Below, piece by piece: positions 1 to 12,337 of a DNA stretch of 37,277 nt. The stretch comes from Octopus bimaculoides (lineage: Eukaryota): NCBI RefSeq assembly GCF_001194135.2, contig NC_068983.1, positions 36,112,772 through 36,150,048 of the forward strand, read 5' to 3'. The notes beneath the pieces were generated by a model. The model made no database searches, was not told where the DNA came from, and was given only the letters and a program-made list of their open reading frames with translations. The position numbers and the translations under genes are program-made. The number at the start of each line of letters is the position of its first letter. Within the stretch, counting starts at the first letter, position 1.

Positions 1-282
1 TATTAATGCAAAAATATATTATTCACTGAAGATAACTGATTATCGTTGAAATGTTAATATTTTAGATTAGGAAACTGATAAGAATATGAAGTCTTCATCA
101 TGAAGTCTACTGAGACCGGGAAATTGGGCAGCAATCAATTTATAAGTAAACGCAATGGAAACAAAGATGTCTAAAATCTGCAGCCAAGTCTTACAGGAAT
201 GTGGTTTGGATCTAGATTTTAAAAAAGCAGAAAGAAAAAAACTAAGGAGTATCACATGTCCAATAATTGAGATGTATTCTTT

Positions 283-672
283 TATATTTTACTTGTTTCA
301 GTCATTAAACTGTGGCCATGCTGGGGCACCACCTTGAAGAATTTATAGTTGAATGAATGGACTAATACTTATTTTTGTTTTTTTAAGCCTGGTCTCCATC
401 AGTCTCTTTTGCTGAACTGTTAAGTTACATGAACATAAACACACCAACGCTGGTTGTCAAGTGGTGGTGGGGGACCAACACAGACACGCACACACATATA
501 TATTTATATATGATGTGACAGCATTCTTTCAGTTTCCTTCTACCAAATCCATTCACAAGATTTTCATTGGTCCAAGGCTGTAGTAGAAGAATCTTGCCCA
601 AGGTACCATGCAGTGGGACAGAACCCAGAACCATGTAGTTGAAAAGCAAACTTCTTAACACACAGCTATGCC
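283..672 (-). mobile_element. tRNA-derived SINE, main family
   Basis: Shares head (..gctgtgtg(g)ttaagaagtttgct...catggttctgggttctgtcccactgc) and tail (actgaaacaagtaaaa) with copies at 6073, 8922, 28385 and 36077. Confidence 0.8.
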
Positions 673-719
673 TGTGCCTATATTGTAGATTGTTAAATAC
701 CTACGGTATGTTAGAATCT

Positions 720-945
720 TCAACCCATCAGCATTTAAACCAGCCACATCTAGCCCAAATACTATACCTGTTTTATGTTCAAATTGACCATATTCAGCCT
801 CTCACACCTACCCTACAATGTCACATTAAAAATAAACAAGTACATCATCAAAATCTCAATGCAAAAATGATGCATGAGTAATTCAAAACAGTGTGGATAA
901 ATAAACATTACATTTGATACGGTAATCTGAATTCTAAAGGATTAA
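720..945. mobile_element. Degenerate TTAA MITE, same family as 15195-15627, opposite orientation
   Basis: Ends aacccatcagcatttaaac ... attctaaaggattaa; shared interior (ctctcacacctaccctacaatgtca). Confidence 0.7.
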
Positions 946-985
946 GTTATCACTGAAGAAAGAAGATCTCTGATTGAAATATTAC

Positions 986-1227
986 CTTTTAAGATTAGCA
1001 TCCACACTGGCATTAGCTCTGCTCTCATTTGAAGCTTCTTGACAAGTGACTGGTTGCAGGTCTTTGTTCAACAGAGCTTGTGGTGAGCCACAGCTAGAAA
1101 CTGCAGCAGGTTTTGCATCTTTGACAGCTGGGTCGTCTGTTATGCTGGTGTTAGCAAGGAGCTGTTCAATACCGTCATTATCATCAGACTCTGATGTAAA
1201 ATTTGAATCCATTTCTTTCTTATTTAC
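986..1227 (-). CDS. DIS3L2: DIS3L2-like exon, acidic/low-complexity insertion following the WK of CSD1 (VNKKEMDSNFTSESDDNDG...DANLK)
   Basis: Acceptor tttattttgaag|GTAAAT, donor AAAAG|gtaat; 242 nt, phase 0 to 2; open frame joins the 2006-2107 exon; DIS3L2 carries a variable acidic insertion at this position. Confidence 0.85.
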
Positions 1228-1306
1228 CTTCAAAATAAATAAATAAATAGTCTTTAATTCAGTATCACACAACAAATCCTCCTCATCATCATCATCATCA
1301 TCACCA

Positions 1307-1725
1307 CCATCATCATCATTTAACATCCATTTTCCATGCTGATATGGGTTGGACAGTTTGGCAGGAGCTGCACCAGGCTCCAATTGTCTGTTTTGGCACG
1401 GTTTCAATGGTTGGATGCCCTTCCTAACGTCTACCCCTTTACAGAGTGTACTGAATGCATTTTATATAGTACCATCACCAGTGCTTTATATGTGGTACCA
1501 GTATGGGTGTTTTATACGTGGAACCAGCATGGGTGCTGGCAGATACTGGTGTCATGCAAATGGCACCGTGCCGGTGGCATCTAAAAGCACCCATTACACT
1601 CTCGGAGTGGTTGGCATTAGGAAGGGCATTTAGCTGTAGAAAACCATGCCAAATCAGACTGGTGCCTGGCGCAGCCTTCCAGCATGCCAGCATGGATAAC
1701 GGACATTAAATGATGATGATGATGA
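1307..1725. repeat. Two oppositely oriented RTE 3'-end copies forming an inverted repeat
   Basis: (CAT)n-tailed copy at about 1307-1500 and (GAT)n-tailed copy at about 1545-1725. Confidence 0.8.
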
Positions 1726-2005
1726 CTGGCAAAGATGCTTTTTACATGGCACCAGTATAGGTGCTTTTTACGAGGCACCAGAATGAGTACTAAGGATGTT
1801 ACACAATTAGTTACAAATGTCTGAACTTTACAGAAGTATATTGCAGAGAACATTAATCTCTTTGTTACTAACCTACCTAGCGGGATGCCACTTTGTTTTC
1901 TATGATAAAAATTATCAAACTGACTCCATGATGGAATCCCACCCCCACCTCAAACCACTAAAATATAAAAGATAACAAATGATGATGATCATTAAAGAGA
2001 ATTAC

Positions 2006-2107
2006 CTTCCATTTAGTTTTGTCATTGATGAGAACAAGGACGAGGTCTCCATTAAGAGCTGAGTTACGATTCTTTGTGCCACAGATGTAGATATCAGAGT
2101 GTCCATC
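2006..2107 (-). CDS. DIS3L2: DIS3L2-like exon, CSD1 core (DGHSDIYICGTKNRNSALNGDLVLVLINDKTKWK)
   Basis: Acceptor ccaatttctttag|GAT, donor AAG|gtaatt; 102 nt, phase 0-0; matches the DIS3-family motif D..DI.I.G...RNRALNGD.V.V...WK. Confidence 0.93.
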
Positions 2108-3149
2108 CTAAAGAAATTGGTTTAAAGAGAATGAAATAACAATGTTTTAATTTTTCAAGTAATATGCACAGATTGATTGAAGAACATATTTTCAGGCATG
2201 TCTTTAAAATCACTAGGATTTACTTTTGTTATTTACTACTGCACATATCCCTCCTATATGTCCATATTTAACTTAAGAAAACAGAAAAATTATAGCCATC
2301 ATATAGAAGAAAGCCTTCTCACTCTCGATCCAGCAGAATACTGAGCATGTGGCAGCTGGAGGATGAGTGGGATGTATTAGCACTCAGCTGGTACTCATTT
2401 CAACTGTGTAATGTGAAATGAAATAATCTTTGTAGGCTCTCTCAAATAAATGGACTCAATGTCATAGACATTTAGCTTGCATTTTTATACACAGTGTTTG
2501 TAAAGATATCATAATTAGCGACAGACATAAATGAAGCTCTGAGTCTGAGGCAGAAAGATAGGGAAGAGTGATTAGTGATAGACCTAGAAATGATGCACAA
2601 AATGTGTGGCCAGTGGAAGAGAGAGCCGAAGCTTTGAGTGGGTATAGTACACAGTTTGCTAGTTCAGAAGAATAAAAGACATTATGTTTGTAGTGAAGAC
2701 ATAATGCATGATAGTTGAGTCTATACAGATTCATGAAGGCACTGCAGGATATATACTTTACCATTTTGAACAGTGTTAGCACTGTAGAAATGACAAACAT
2801 TCTGTTGGCTGAATGCACCAAGTTCACTTTCTTAAATTGTGGAAAGCTTTTGCAATGGACTGCCATCCTTATCGCTTATCTACTTAATATTATGGAATCT
2901 ATAGAGAAGAACCAACTTTATGGATGTCTGTGACTCAGGTTTAGCTTAAAACGACATTCTACATGCCACAGTCAACTGAGTAAGGAATAGATTCTAAATC
3001 TTCTGAGGACAATACTGGTAACATTGGTTGGGTATTATTTTAAAATTGGTGCTAAACATTGGGGTCTATGAGCCTTTGAGGGATTTTGTAGAGGTTTCTG
3101 TTAATATTTGACAAAAATAAACTAAAATGAAAGAAAGAAATAAACTCAC

Positions 3150-3203
3150 TGGGTGTGGTACATAGCAATCTTTGTAGTCCTTAGGGTTGATTCGAATTTC
3201 ACC
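3150..3203 (-). CDS. DIS3L2: DIS3L2-like exon (GEIRINPKDYKDCYVPHP)
   Basis: Acceptor tttctcctccttcag|GGT, donor CCA|gtgagt; 54 nt, phase 0-0; matches the G.LRINP...EA(F/Y)VP.P motif that starts CSD1. Confidence 0.93.
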
Positions 3204-3509
3204 CTGAAGGAGGAGAAATTGAAAAAAATTAGTGAGAAAAAGGATAAATAAGAAAGGATAAATAAGACAAAGAATAGTTTTCTATACTTTGATGTAATGA
3301 TTAACAAGATAAATGTTTAAAATAAACCTTGAGTAATACAGGTAAGGAGTTGGGTAAAATATGTATGATGATATCAATGAATGAAAACAAAGAGAGAAGA
3401 TATATTACCTTACATAGGGTGTTTAAAGATTTTATAATATTTCAGGAAAAAATTCCCCTTTTCAAATGGAACAAAGAAAATAAAGAGTTCAGAGAGAGGT
3501 GTTGTTATT

Positions 3510-3795
3510 AGCAGGCCCTCCGAGTGTAAATTACTATAATTACTATAACTGGGTTAGTCCACATTACTCTGTAAGGAGCATAGGGCTGGTTTCCTGGCTT
3601 CTCTAGCATATATATTCCTCTCTGGATGGGATGCTGGTTCATAGCAGGATTACTCATTTTTACCAACTGAGAAGACTGGAGCAATATGATATGGACTGTT
3701 TTGCTCAAGGACACAGTGCATTGGTTGGTCCAGGAATTTAAGCCACAGTCTTACAATCACAAGTCCAACACCTTAACAACTAAGCCATGTGCCCC
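3510..3795 (-). mobile_element. Degenerate tRNA-derived SINE
   Basis: Reverse head ggcacatggcttagttgttaaggtgttgg...; tgtccttgagcaaaac segment also seen at about 11150-11400. Confidence 0.55.
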
Positions 3796-4171
3796 CAATT
3801 ACTATAAATTATAAATTATTTTGATTATCATTGTCATTAATGGATTGGAAGAATTGTAAGTATTGGGTAAAATGCCTTGTGGCATTTAGTTATGGTTCTT
3901 TACATTCTGAATTAAAATCCTGTCAGAATCATCAGTTTTTCATGAAATAAATCACTCATCAAGTATTAAAAGGTCTGAAAGCAAACTTAACAAAGAGCAA
4001 AATTTTAGTGAGCTTGAAAGTAGACAGGACCTTGCAGCCATCAGGGAAATAGCCATAGTAGAAGATACTTTCTCAATGTGTCACACAGTGGGACTGAACC
4101 CAAACCCATATAGTTGCAAAACAAACTTCTTAACCGCACAACCACCCCCACCTCATTCCCCACTCTATACA

Positions 4172-4234
<63 letters not shown>

Positions 4235-4439
4235 TTTTTTTTTACTGTGCTGGTTTTTTGTCAAGCAGCATTAATTTTTACAATTCTATAAAAAATAATA
4301 ATTATAAGCTTAAAGCTTATAAGCAATCACCGTGCAATGACTAAAGACAGTAGTCTAATAAATGGGGCATATAAGCCCTCGATGGAAAAAAGTAGGTTTT
4401 CCCATGTGGGACTCAAACCCATACCTCTTTGTTTTCATG

Positions 4440-4842
4440 ACAAGTATGCTTATATATCATCATTTTAAAGCCCACTTTCCATGCTCACACAGGTCAGGCA
4501 GAATTCATCAAGACAGATTTTTTACAGTCAAATGCCCTTTCCCACATAACCAAACATGTTTATATGGAAGACTGAAAATGAATGGCACTGCTTGTATGAT
4601 GGTAGCACTTGTTTACAGCTATTATACAATGTCAAGACAAAAAAGACACAAACACGCATGCATGCATGCCCACACAGGCACACATACACACAATGGGCTT
4701 TTTCCAGTTTCCATCAACCAAATCCACCCATAAAGCTTGGGGCTGTAATATATGATACTTGCCCAAGGTGTCCTGCAATGGAATTGACCACAAGACCACA
4801 TGGTTGGCAAGCAAATTTCTTAACTACAAAGCCATACCTGCA
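4440..4842 (-). mobile_element. Composite SINE, same type as 27583-28030
   Basis: atcatcattttaaagcccactttccatgc tail on the left, tRNA-like head on the right. Confidence 0.65.
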
Positions 4843-5076
4843 CAGAAGTGTGGAATAAAATGTATAAAGAATTCAGGACACAATAACAAACCCTCGCAAC
4901 ATGATGGTTAATCTTACATAAGGACCACCGTGTGAGCAACAGCTTTCACAATGTGCAAAGGCTTGGCATTTTCTGAAACCCTTTTAACATCATTGCTGCT
5001 ATAGGAAACACACAATACTAAAACACTGTGCGGAAAATAGAATTATGATAAATAGATTTGAAAGGAAAATTCTTAC

Positions 5077-5127
5077 TATTATTAGGTTGGGATTATTTTT
5101 AACTTGTTCTTCGATGTCTTCGATTTT
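5077..5127 (-). CDS. DIS3L2: DIS3L2-like exon preceding CSD1 (KIEDIEEQVKNNPNLII)
   Basis: Acceptor poly-T + cag|AAA, donor ATA|gtaaga; 51 nt, phase 0-0; aligns loosely with the KEDVSEGLKRGTLIQ segment that precedes GVLRINP in vertebrate DIS3L2. Confidence 0.8.
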
Positions 5128-5523
5128 CTGAAAAAAAAAAAACCAAATGTTTATAAAAAAAAATTTGACGAAATTTCAATAGTCATTCTATAAATAAATA
5201 TATACAGATTCACACATACATATATATAAATATCTACGCATATATATAAATACATACATGCTTTATACACACAGCATTCATATGCATATATACATATATG
5301 TGTTATGTGTATATGTATGGACATGTATATGTGTGTATATGTGTCGCCATGACTGATTGCTAAATCCACAAGTTTTTCATTCTCTCTCTGTTTATTTCCT
5401 CATATTCCATTGAAGAGCATAGGCCCGAAATGTAAAAGACTTTCTCACTTTCCTAGGCATCAAACTAATATACCTGCTTGTTCATACACCTGTCTTCGTC
5501 TTTTGTTTTTCTGTAAATTTCAA

Positions 5524-5555
<32 letters not shown>

Positions 5556-6072
5556 ACAGACAAAATGATAGATGTTATTTCTAATTTAGGTGCAGCCAGC
5601 AATTTTGAAGGAAGGGGTCAGTTGATGCTACTGACCCCAGTACTAACAAATACTGCACTTATATATTTTTTCTTCCTTTTCATGTTTTGCACACCTTTCC
5701 CTCTTTACTTCCTATCTTTCTATCTACATTTCTATTTATCCATCTGCCCTCTCTTTCTCTTTGCTTATCTTTCTATTACCTCCCCCTGTCTACTTTTGTT
5801 TCCCTTCTTCTTCACACATTCCTTTTTTCATATCTGTATTTTTGTCTCTAACTTTCTATCTACTCCTCTCTGCATTTCCTCTATTCCTATTCTATCTTCT
5901 CTCTGTATAACCATTCTCTTTCTCCCACTCTCTACCCACAATTACCCTTTCTTTCTCTCACTTCCCCCATCCTCAAATGATCATCCTGTTTCTAAAACAT
6001 TTTGGTCATTTCATTTTTTTTAGCTCCTGTATAAAATTTTTAATTTACTGTCAGCTCAGGGTTTGCCTATTC

Positions 6073-6468
6073 TTTTACTTGTTTCAGTCATTAGATTATG
6101 GCCATACTAGAGCACCACCTTGGAGAATTTTTGCAGAATGAATCAACCCCACTCCAATGCTTATTTGCAAGTCTGGTACTTATTACATTGATCTCTTTTG
6201 CCAAACCGCTAATTTATGGGGACGTAAACTGACCAACATTGGTTGTCAAGCGATGGCGGGGGGACAAACACAGACACACACACACACATATATATATACA
6301 TACATACGATGGGCTTTTATCAGTTTCCATCTACCAAATCCATTCACAAGGCTTTGGTTGGCCTGAGGCTATAGTAGAAGACACTTGCCCAAGGTGCCAC
6401 ACAGTGGGACTGAACCCGGAACCATGTGGTTGGGAAGCAAGCTTTTTACCACACAGCCACTCCTGCGC
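6073..6468 (-). mobile_element. tRNA-derived SINE, main family
   Basis: Head ggcgcaggagtggctgtgtggtaaaaagcttgcttcccaaccacatggttccgggttcagtccc with Pol III A/B-box-like motifs; internal (TA)/(TG) microsatellite. Confidence 0.85.
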
Positions 6469-6514
6469 CTAAGATGTATATATGGAACGATGATGATGAT
6501 GATGATGATGATGA

Positions 6515-6553
<39 letters not shown>

Positions 6554-6911
6554 ATGGACTCTCCTGTTGTTAGACGACGTATGAGAGTTTGACAATTTCT
6601 TACTGAACAACCACAAAGATGATTTGTTTATAGTGATCAAATGTTTGTGTAGACATAAACTCATAACCTCCATCAGATCGACATTACCTGTACAGGTGCA
6701 ATGAGTGCCACATGTCAGATGTTGAAATGATTGCAGAGCAACATGAAATGAAGTGCTTTGCTCAAGAACACCTGGGCTGGGAATTGAATCCACAATCTCA
6801 CAATCGTGAGTGCTACACTAAGCCATATATATATATTGTCCCACCCATGCCAGTATGGAAGGCAGACGTTAAACGATGATGACAATAGATACATACACAC
6901 ATACATGTATA

Positions 6912-7785
6912 TCTTTTACTTGTTTCAGTCATTAGACTGCAGCCATGCTGGGGCAATGCTTTGAAGTATTTTTAGTTGAATGTATTTACCCCAGGACTAA
7001 TTTTTTAAAGCCTAGTACTTATTCTATTACTTTCTTTTGCTGAACCACTAGGTTACGAGGATATAAAGACACCAGCACCAGTTGTCAAGAGTGATCGGGA
7101 GACAAACACAGACACACACACATCATCATCATCGTTTAACGTCCACTTTCCATGCTGGCATGGGTTGGACAGTTTGACTGAGGACTGGCAAGCCAGAGGG
7201 CTGCACCAGGCTCCAATCTGATCTGGCAAGGTTTCTACAGCTGGATGCCCTTCCTAACACCAACCACTTTGAGAGTGTAGTGGACACTTTTTATGTGCCA
7301 CTGGCAGAAGGGTCAGTCAGGCAGTACTGGCATCGACAACGCTTGAATGGTGCTTTTTACATGCCAGCGGCACGGGAGCTAGTCAGGCAGTACTGACATC
7401 AACCAGGCTTGAATGGGGCTTTTTATGTGCCAGCGGCATAAGAGCCAGTCATGCGGCACTGGCAATGATCACGCTTGAATGGTGCTTTTTACGTGCCACG
7501 GGCATGGGAGCCAGTCAGGCAGCACTGGCAACGACCCACGCTCGAATGGTGCTTCTTACGTGCCACCGGCAAAGGGGCCAGTCAGGCGGTACTGGCAACG
7601 ACCACACAATACACACACACACACACACACATATATATACAATGGGCTTTTTTCAATTTCCATCTACCAAATCCACTCACAAGGCTTTGGTTGGCCTGAG
7701 GCTATAGTAGAAGACACTTGCCCAAGGTATCATGCAGTGGGACTAAACCTGGTACCATGTGGTTGGGAAGCAAACTTCTTACCAC
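6912..7785 (-). mobile_element. Main-family SINE interrupted at its (CA)n by an RTE 3'-UTR insertion (about 7121-7600) with several ~66-bp monomers
   Basis: SINE tail 6912-7120 and body/head 7606-7785 flank a (CAT)n-tailed insert containing repeated gaatggtgcttttta..gtgcca units. Confidence 0.8.
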
Positions 7786-8035
7786 ACACACACACACATA
7801 TACATTTACTGTGTGTGTGTGTGTGCGTGTGTGTGTGTGTGTATGACACAAAAACATCATAGCCATGTGAAGGTTTAATAGATAAATGCATAATCATGTA
7901 GTCAGGTGTATATAGTAGTTTAAAACCACCTGATATTTATGTCAGTAGAGCTGATGAAAAGCATTACAAATGTGCTTTGCTGTCAGTAACATACAGAAAT
8001 ACTGAAATAGTAAGGACACAAATATTTTCAATTTG

Positions 8036-8711
8036 CTATGGCAGAGTTTCTACAGCTGGATGCCCTTCCTAACGCCAACCACTCAGAGAGTGTAGTGGGT
8101 GCTTTTACGTGTCACCCGCACAAAAACGGCCACGCTCAAAATGGTGTCTTTTATGTGCCACCCGCACAAGCCAGTCCAGGGGCACTGGCAACGATCTTAC
8201 TTGGCTTGCCGGGTCTTCTCACGCACAGCACATTTCCAAAGGTCTCGGTCAGTAGTCATCGCCTCGGTGAGGCCCAATGTACGAGGTCTTGCCTCACCAC
8301 CTCAGCCCAGGTCTTCCTGGGCCTACCTCTTCCNNNNNNNNNNNNNNNNNNNNNNNNNNNNNNNNNNNNNNNNNNNNNNNNNNNNNNNNNNNNNNNNNNN
8401 NNNNNNNNNNNNNNNNNNNNNNNNNNNNNNNNNNNNNNNNNNNNNNNNNNNNNNNNNNNNNNNNNNNNNNNNNNNNNNNNTACTTACACTCTGACGGGTA
8501 TTCACATTGATATTACACATCCAACGGAGCATACTGGCTTCATTCCTTGCGAGCTTACGTATGTCCTCAGCAGTTACAGCCCATGTTTCACTGCCATGTA
8601 GCATGGCTGTTCGTACGCATGCGTCATACAGTCTGCCTTTTACTCTGAGTGAGAGTCCCTTTGTCGCCAGCAGGGGTAAGAGCTCTCTAAACTTTGCCCA
8701 GGCTATTCTTA
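8036..8711 (-). mobile_element. RTE-clade LINE fragment: C-terminal part of the RT ORF plus 3' UTR
   Basis: Minus-strand translation RIAWAKFRELLPLLATKGLSLRVKGRLYDACVRTAMLHGSETW...RWMC, then after the gap GRGRPRKTWAEVVRQD (frameshift) ...DRDLWK...TAA at 8197-8199; these are typical RTE motifs. Confidence 0.9.
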
Positions 8712-8714
8712 TTC

Positions 8715-8747
<33 letters not shown>

Positions 8748-8920
8748 ATATATATTATGTATATGCATGCATGCATGTATGTATAAATGTGTGTATGTAT
8801 GCATGAATGCACATGTATGCATGTGTGTATGTATGCATGTATGTATGCATGTGTGCATGCATATATGCATGTATGCATGCATATATGTATGCATACAAGT
8901 ATGTATGTATATATGTATGT
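8715..8920. repeat. (TA)n / (ATGT,ATGC)n microsatellite complex
   Basis: Directly visible. Confidence 0.95.
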
Positions 8921-8921
8921 A

Positions 8922-9106
8922 TCTTTTAACTTGTTTCAGTCATCGGACAGCAACCATGCTGGGACCTTGAATTGATGCCAGAACTTATTTTTAAAATTCT
9001 GGTTCTTATTCCATTGGTCTCTTTTACTGAGCTGCTGAATTATGTAGACATAAACAAACCAGCACCAATTGTCAAGCTGTAGTTGGGGGACAAACAAAGA
9101 TACACT

Positions 9107-9187
<81 letters not shown>

Positions 9188-9352
9188 CTATGTATGTATA
9201 TATATATATATAACTATGATGGACTTCTTTCAGTTTCCATCTAGCAAATCCACTCACAAAGTTTTGATTGGTCTGGGACTATAGTAGAAAACACTTTCCC
9301 AAGGGTGCCACACAGTGGGACTGAACCCAAAACCATGTGGTTGAGAAACAAA
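8922..9352 (-). mobile_element. Main-family SINE with expanded internal (TA)n
   Basis: Same head/body/tail as 6073-6468; (TA)n at about 9110-9210. Confidence 0.8.
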
Positions 9353-9931
9353 AGCCATTTTAGAGCTCAAGGAATACAGATGAGATAAAACCATTTTCAG
9401 CAGAAACAAAAGTAAACAAATAAATAAAATTGAATCCTTCATTAATCTTAAGGATAACAAAGTGAACTTCAGTAATAACACAAAGTGTAGACTAACTCCA
9501 TTAAAAGAGAAACAGTAATTAATAATCATAATCTAGATGGCTTGACAGGAGCTGCCAAAGCCAGGGACTGCACCAGGTCCCGTAGTCTGTTTTGGCTTGG
9601 TTTCTACAGCTGGATGCCTTTCCTATCACCAACCACTTTACAGAGTGTGCAAGGTGCTTTTTGCATGGCATCATCACCAGTGGTTTTTAGATGGACCCAC
9701 CACCAGTGCTTTTTAAGTGGCACATACATTCACCAGTGTCTTTATGTGGCACCATCATCAGTACTTTTTGAATGTTAGGGGATGAAATGCATGGACAGTG
9801 TGTGTGTATGTATATATATATATATATATATGTGTGTACATCATGAAAAATAATTTTGGATACATTTCAGAAAAGTTCAGAAAATAGTCAACAATTCATT
9901 AGAAGAAAGATTTTAGAAGATCCTAACATAC

Positions 9932-10020
9932 ATAAGAGGTGTTGTTTGTCTGGTTATTCGGAGGAGGTTGAGCTTGATTTGACATTTTGTACATTGGTGT
10001 GAAGTTGTGAGGTGCATGAC
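9932..10020 (-). CDS. Probable upstream exon (HAPHNFTPMYKMSNQAQPPPNNQTNNTSY)
   Basis: Acceptor tttctgtctttaattctcacag|, donor TAT|gtatgt; 89 nt, open in the phase 1 to 0 reading and in frame with 5077-5127; no recognisable homology. Confidence 0.65.
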
Positions 10021-10310
10021 CTGTGAGAATTAAAGACAGAAACGAAAGTTGTGCATGAATTTGTGTGAAGCATGTTTCGAGAACAGAGATGAGTAGTTCT
10101 AGACTTTAAACATATTAAATACAAAAGCCAACATGTAAATAAGCCAGAAACAATTAAAACAATGATCTCAGTGTAAATCATTGAATTACTATTTTATTTG
10201 CTTCTTTACATAGCCTCGTAGTTTTAGAAACTTAGTGGAGTAGGAATAATAATACTAGAAGGGGTTTATGTCTTTTTATTTTAATAGGGTTTTATCAAAC
10301 AAAAAAAATA

Positions 10311-10865
10311 CTAGGTCTGATCTGATCCAAAAGCATCAGGACTGTTGCTATGGTAACAGAGCTCAAGTACACAGAGTGAAGCTGCTTGGCAGATTGACTT
10401 TGAACTCTATTGCATGTGCATACTAAGTTATAGCATTCTCACTCACTTCTGTTGTTTATATCAGTGCTTGGTAGTAAAGGGTGTAGAGGGCGGTTATTTC
10501 ACCACACCACAGAGGTTCCATCAGTGACCATGGTAGAGAAAATTGAGTAGAGAATCTGCATCAAATTTTGCCAAAAGCTTGGTCATACCTACACTTTTTA
10601 CCTCTTTTCCTCTTTCCAAAAATCAAATCCCACTTGAATGTGAAAAGATTTCAAGATGCTGAGGAAATCTAAGAGAATGTGATAAGGCAGCTGCTCCCTA
10701 TCCCAGAAAAGGAGTTCTGGGAATGCTTCCCTCAATAGAATCAACACTGGATAAAGTGTGTGGCTTCAGAAGGGGACATCTTCAAAGGAGATTAAATGCT
10801 GAATTGAAGTGTGTTGTAGTTTTCTTTTTATAGCACCAGTCTTGATAATTATAGATCAGACCTCA
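10311..10865 (+). mobile_element. Internally deleted mariner element
   Basis: TA flanks; TIRs aggtctgatc...caggactg / cagtcttgataattatagatcagacctc; remnants E*RICIKFCQKLGH (N-terminus) and FPKIKSHL..KRFQ..EEI...IPEKEF..CF....HWIKCVASEGD.FKGD* (C-terminus). Confidence 0.88.
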
Positions 10866-11416
10866 TATTGTTAAGAATGTACACAGAGTTAGATTTTGAT
10901 GTACTTCAACAATGGAAAAGGAGGAGATGTTGATAGCCATTGTGATGGACAGTGGAGAAAAAAAGGTGCTTGTTAACTTCCACCTTAAATGAGCCAATGA
11001 GGCTAGATCTCCTTCATATAACACTCTACCATCTTACAAAGGGGAAGTACACATAAAATAATGTAGTCTTGATAATTTTAAAGAGAGAGGATAATCACAG
11101 CTGGAGCATTTCTTGATTATGATGATGATCATCATCACTATCAAGTTGAAGCCATGGGCTAATTGGGATATCATGATAGACTTTCTATAGCAGACAATAA
11201 TGTTGGGCTCCACTACTGCTCCAGCCTCTTATGACTCCCACTAGGCAGGAAACCTTCCTGCTGCAAGGTTAACCCAAGCTGAGTGAACTGGAGCAACATG
11301 AAGTGAAGTACCTTGCTCAAGGAGACAACATACTGCTTGGGATGGGAATCAAAACGTATAGCTTTATGATCATGAACCCAACAACCTAGTCAATATGCCT
11401 TGTGCTTCCATAGATC

Positions 11417-11589
11417 CACTAGCGTAGCTAGAGTGTGTGCTACCTGAGGCGGCCCTTACATTTGCTTCTCCCAGATACCACAAAAAACATATTTTGCCTA
11501 CAGCAATAGCTTACAACATGATGAAAGGTGGCACCCCTTTAAAAGTGCTGCCTTGGGTGGACTGCCCCCCCTCCCAAGCTATGCTAGTG
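11417..11589. mobile_element. hAT-type MITE
   Basis: TIRs cactagcgtagct / agctatgctagtg; 8-bp TSD catagatc / cataggtc with one mismatch. Confidence 0.8.
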
Positions 11590-12337
11590 CATAGGTCTGC
11601 TACATTGGGACTCAACAGTTGCAATTGTTGTACATCATAGAACCACACACATTATAATTGACCTTATATGTCTTATAAGGGAAAATAGAATAAAATAAAA
11701 TAAAATAAAAATCTGTGGAGTACAGATTTTAACTGAGTGCCGCCATTGCAAAAATAACAAAATACTCATATTTGTTGCGTAAAAGAAGCAATGGACAGAT
11801 TCAGTTATATGAACTATCAAGGACTCTGGACTACTTATAATATTGAGTATAGTTCCAGTGTGCTGTAAGTAATATATAAACTTCAGACTGAAGACTGATG
11901 GTATTCTTTTGTAACAAAGCTCCTTTGTGTAGAAGAGAAAAGTTCATGTTTTTAATCATCATCATTTAACATCCGTTTTCCATGCTGGCGTGGGTTGGAT
12001 GGTTTGACAGGAGCTGGTAAGCAGGAGAGCTGCACCAGGCTCTAGTTGTATGTTTTGGCATGGTTTCTCTGACCGGATGCCCTTCCTAATGCCAACCACT
12101 TTATAGAGTCTACTGTGTGCCTTTTACATGGTGTCAGCATGGGTGAATGAGCTTATTGTATACAGTGCTTAAGTGTATTACAATTCAAAATTGCATATCA
12201 CATAGAAACCACTTTTATTTTTGAGGACATTGTGTAATGTTCCATTTGTCATGTCAAATCATTCCTCAAAATTCAAATACATAACTTCTAGCTTTTAACA
12301 TTGTTTTATAGCTTTGTCAAAAGAATGAGGTTGGTAC

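Noticed and set aside
67-211. Phase-compatible next exon after 986 (acceptor tttttaaaatctag|, RSKPHSCKTWLQILDIF...SVS*)
   Set aside because: It ends in a stop, has no clear donor and lacks the expected (S/T)(A/G)KVVYI.E segment; no AATAAA is visible. The true next exon probably lies outside the window, though an alternative terminal exon cannot be excluded.
5538-6023. 161-aa hydrophobic plus-strand ORF
   Set aside because: It arises from a pyrimidine-rich low-complexity tract with no coding signature.
7465-7862. Recurring 60-130 aa ORFs such as MGFFQFPSTKSTHKALVG and MAEFLQLDALPNANHSES
   Set aside because: These are translations of SINE and RTE-UTR consensus sequence repeated across the window, not genes.
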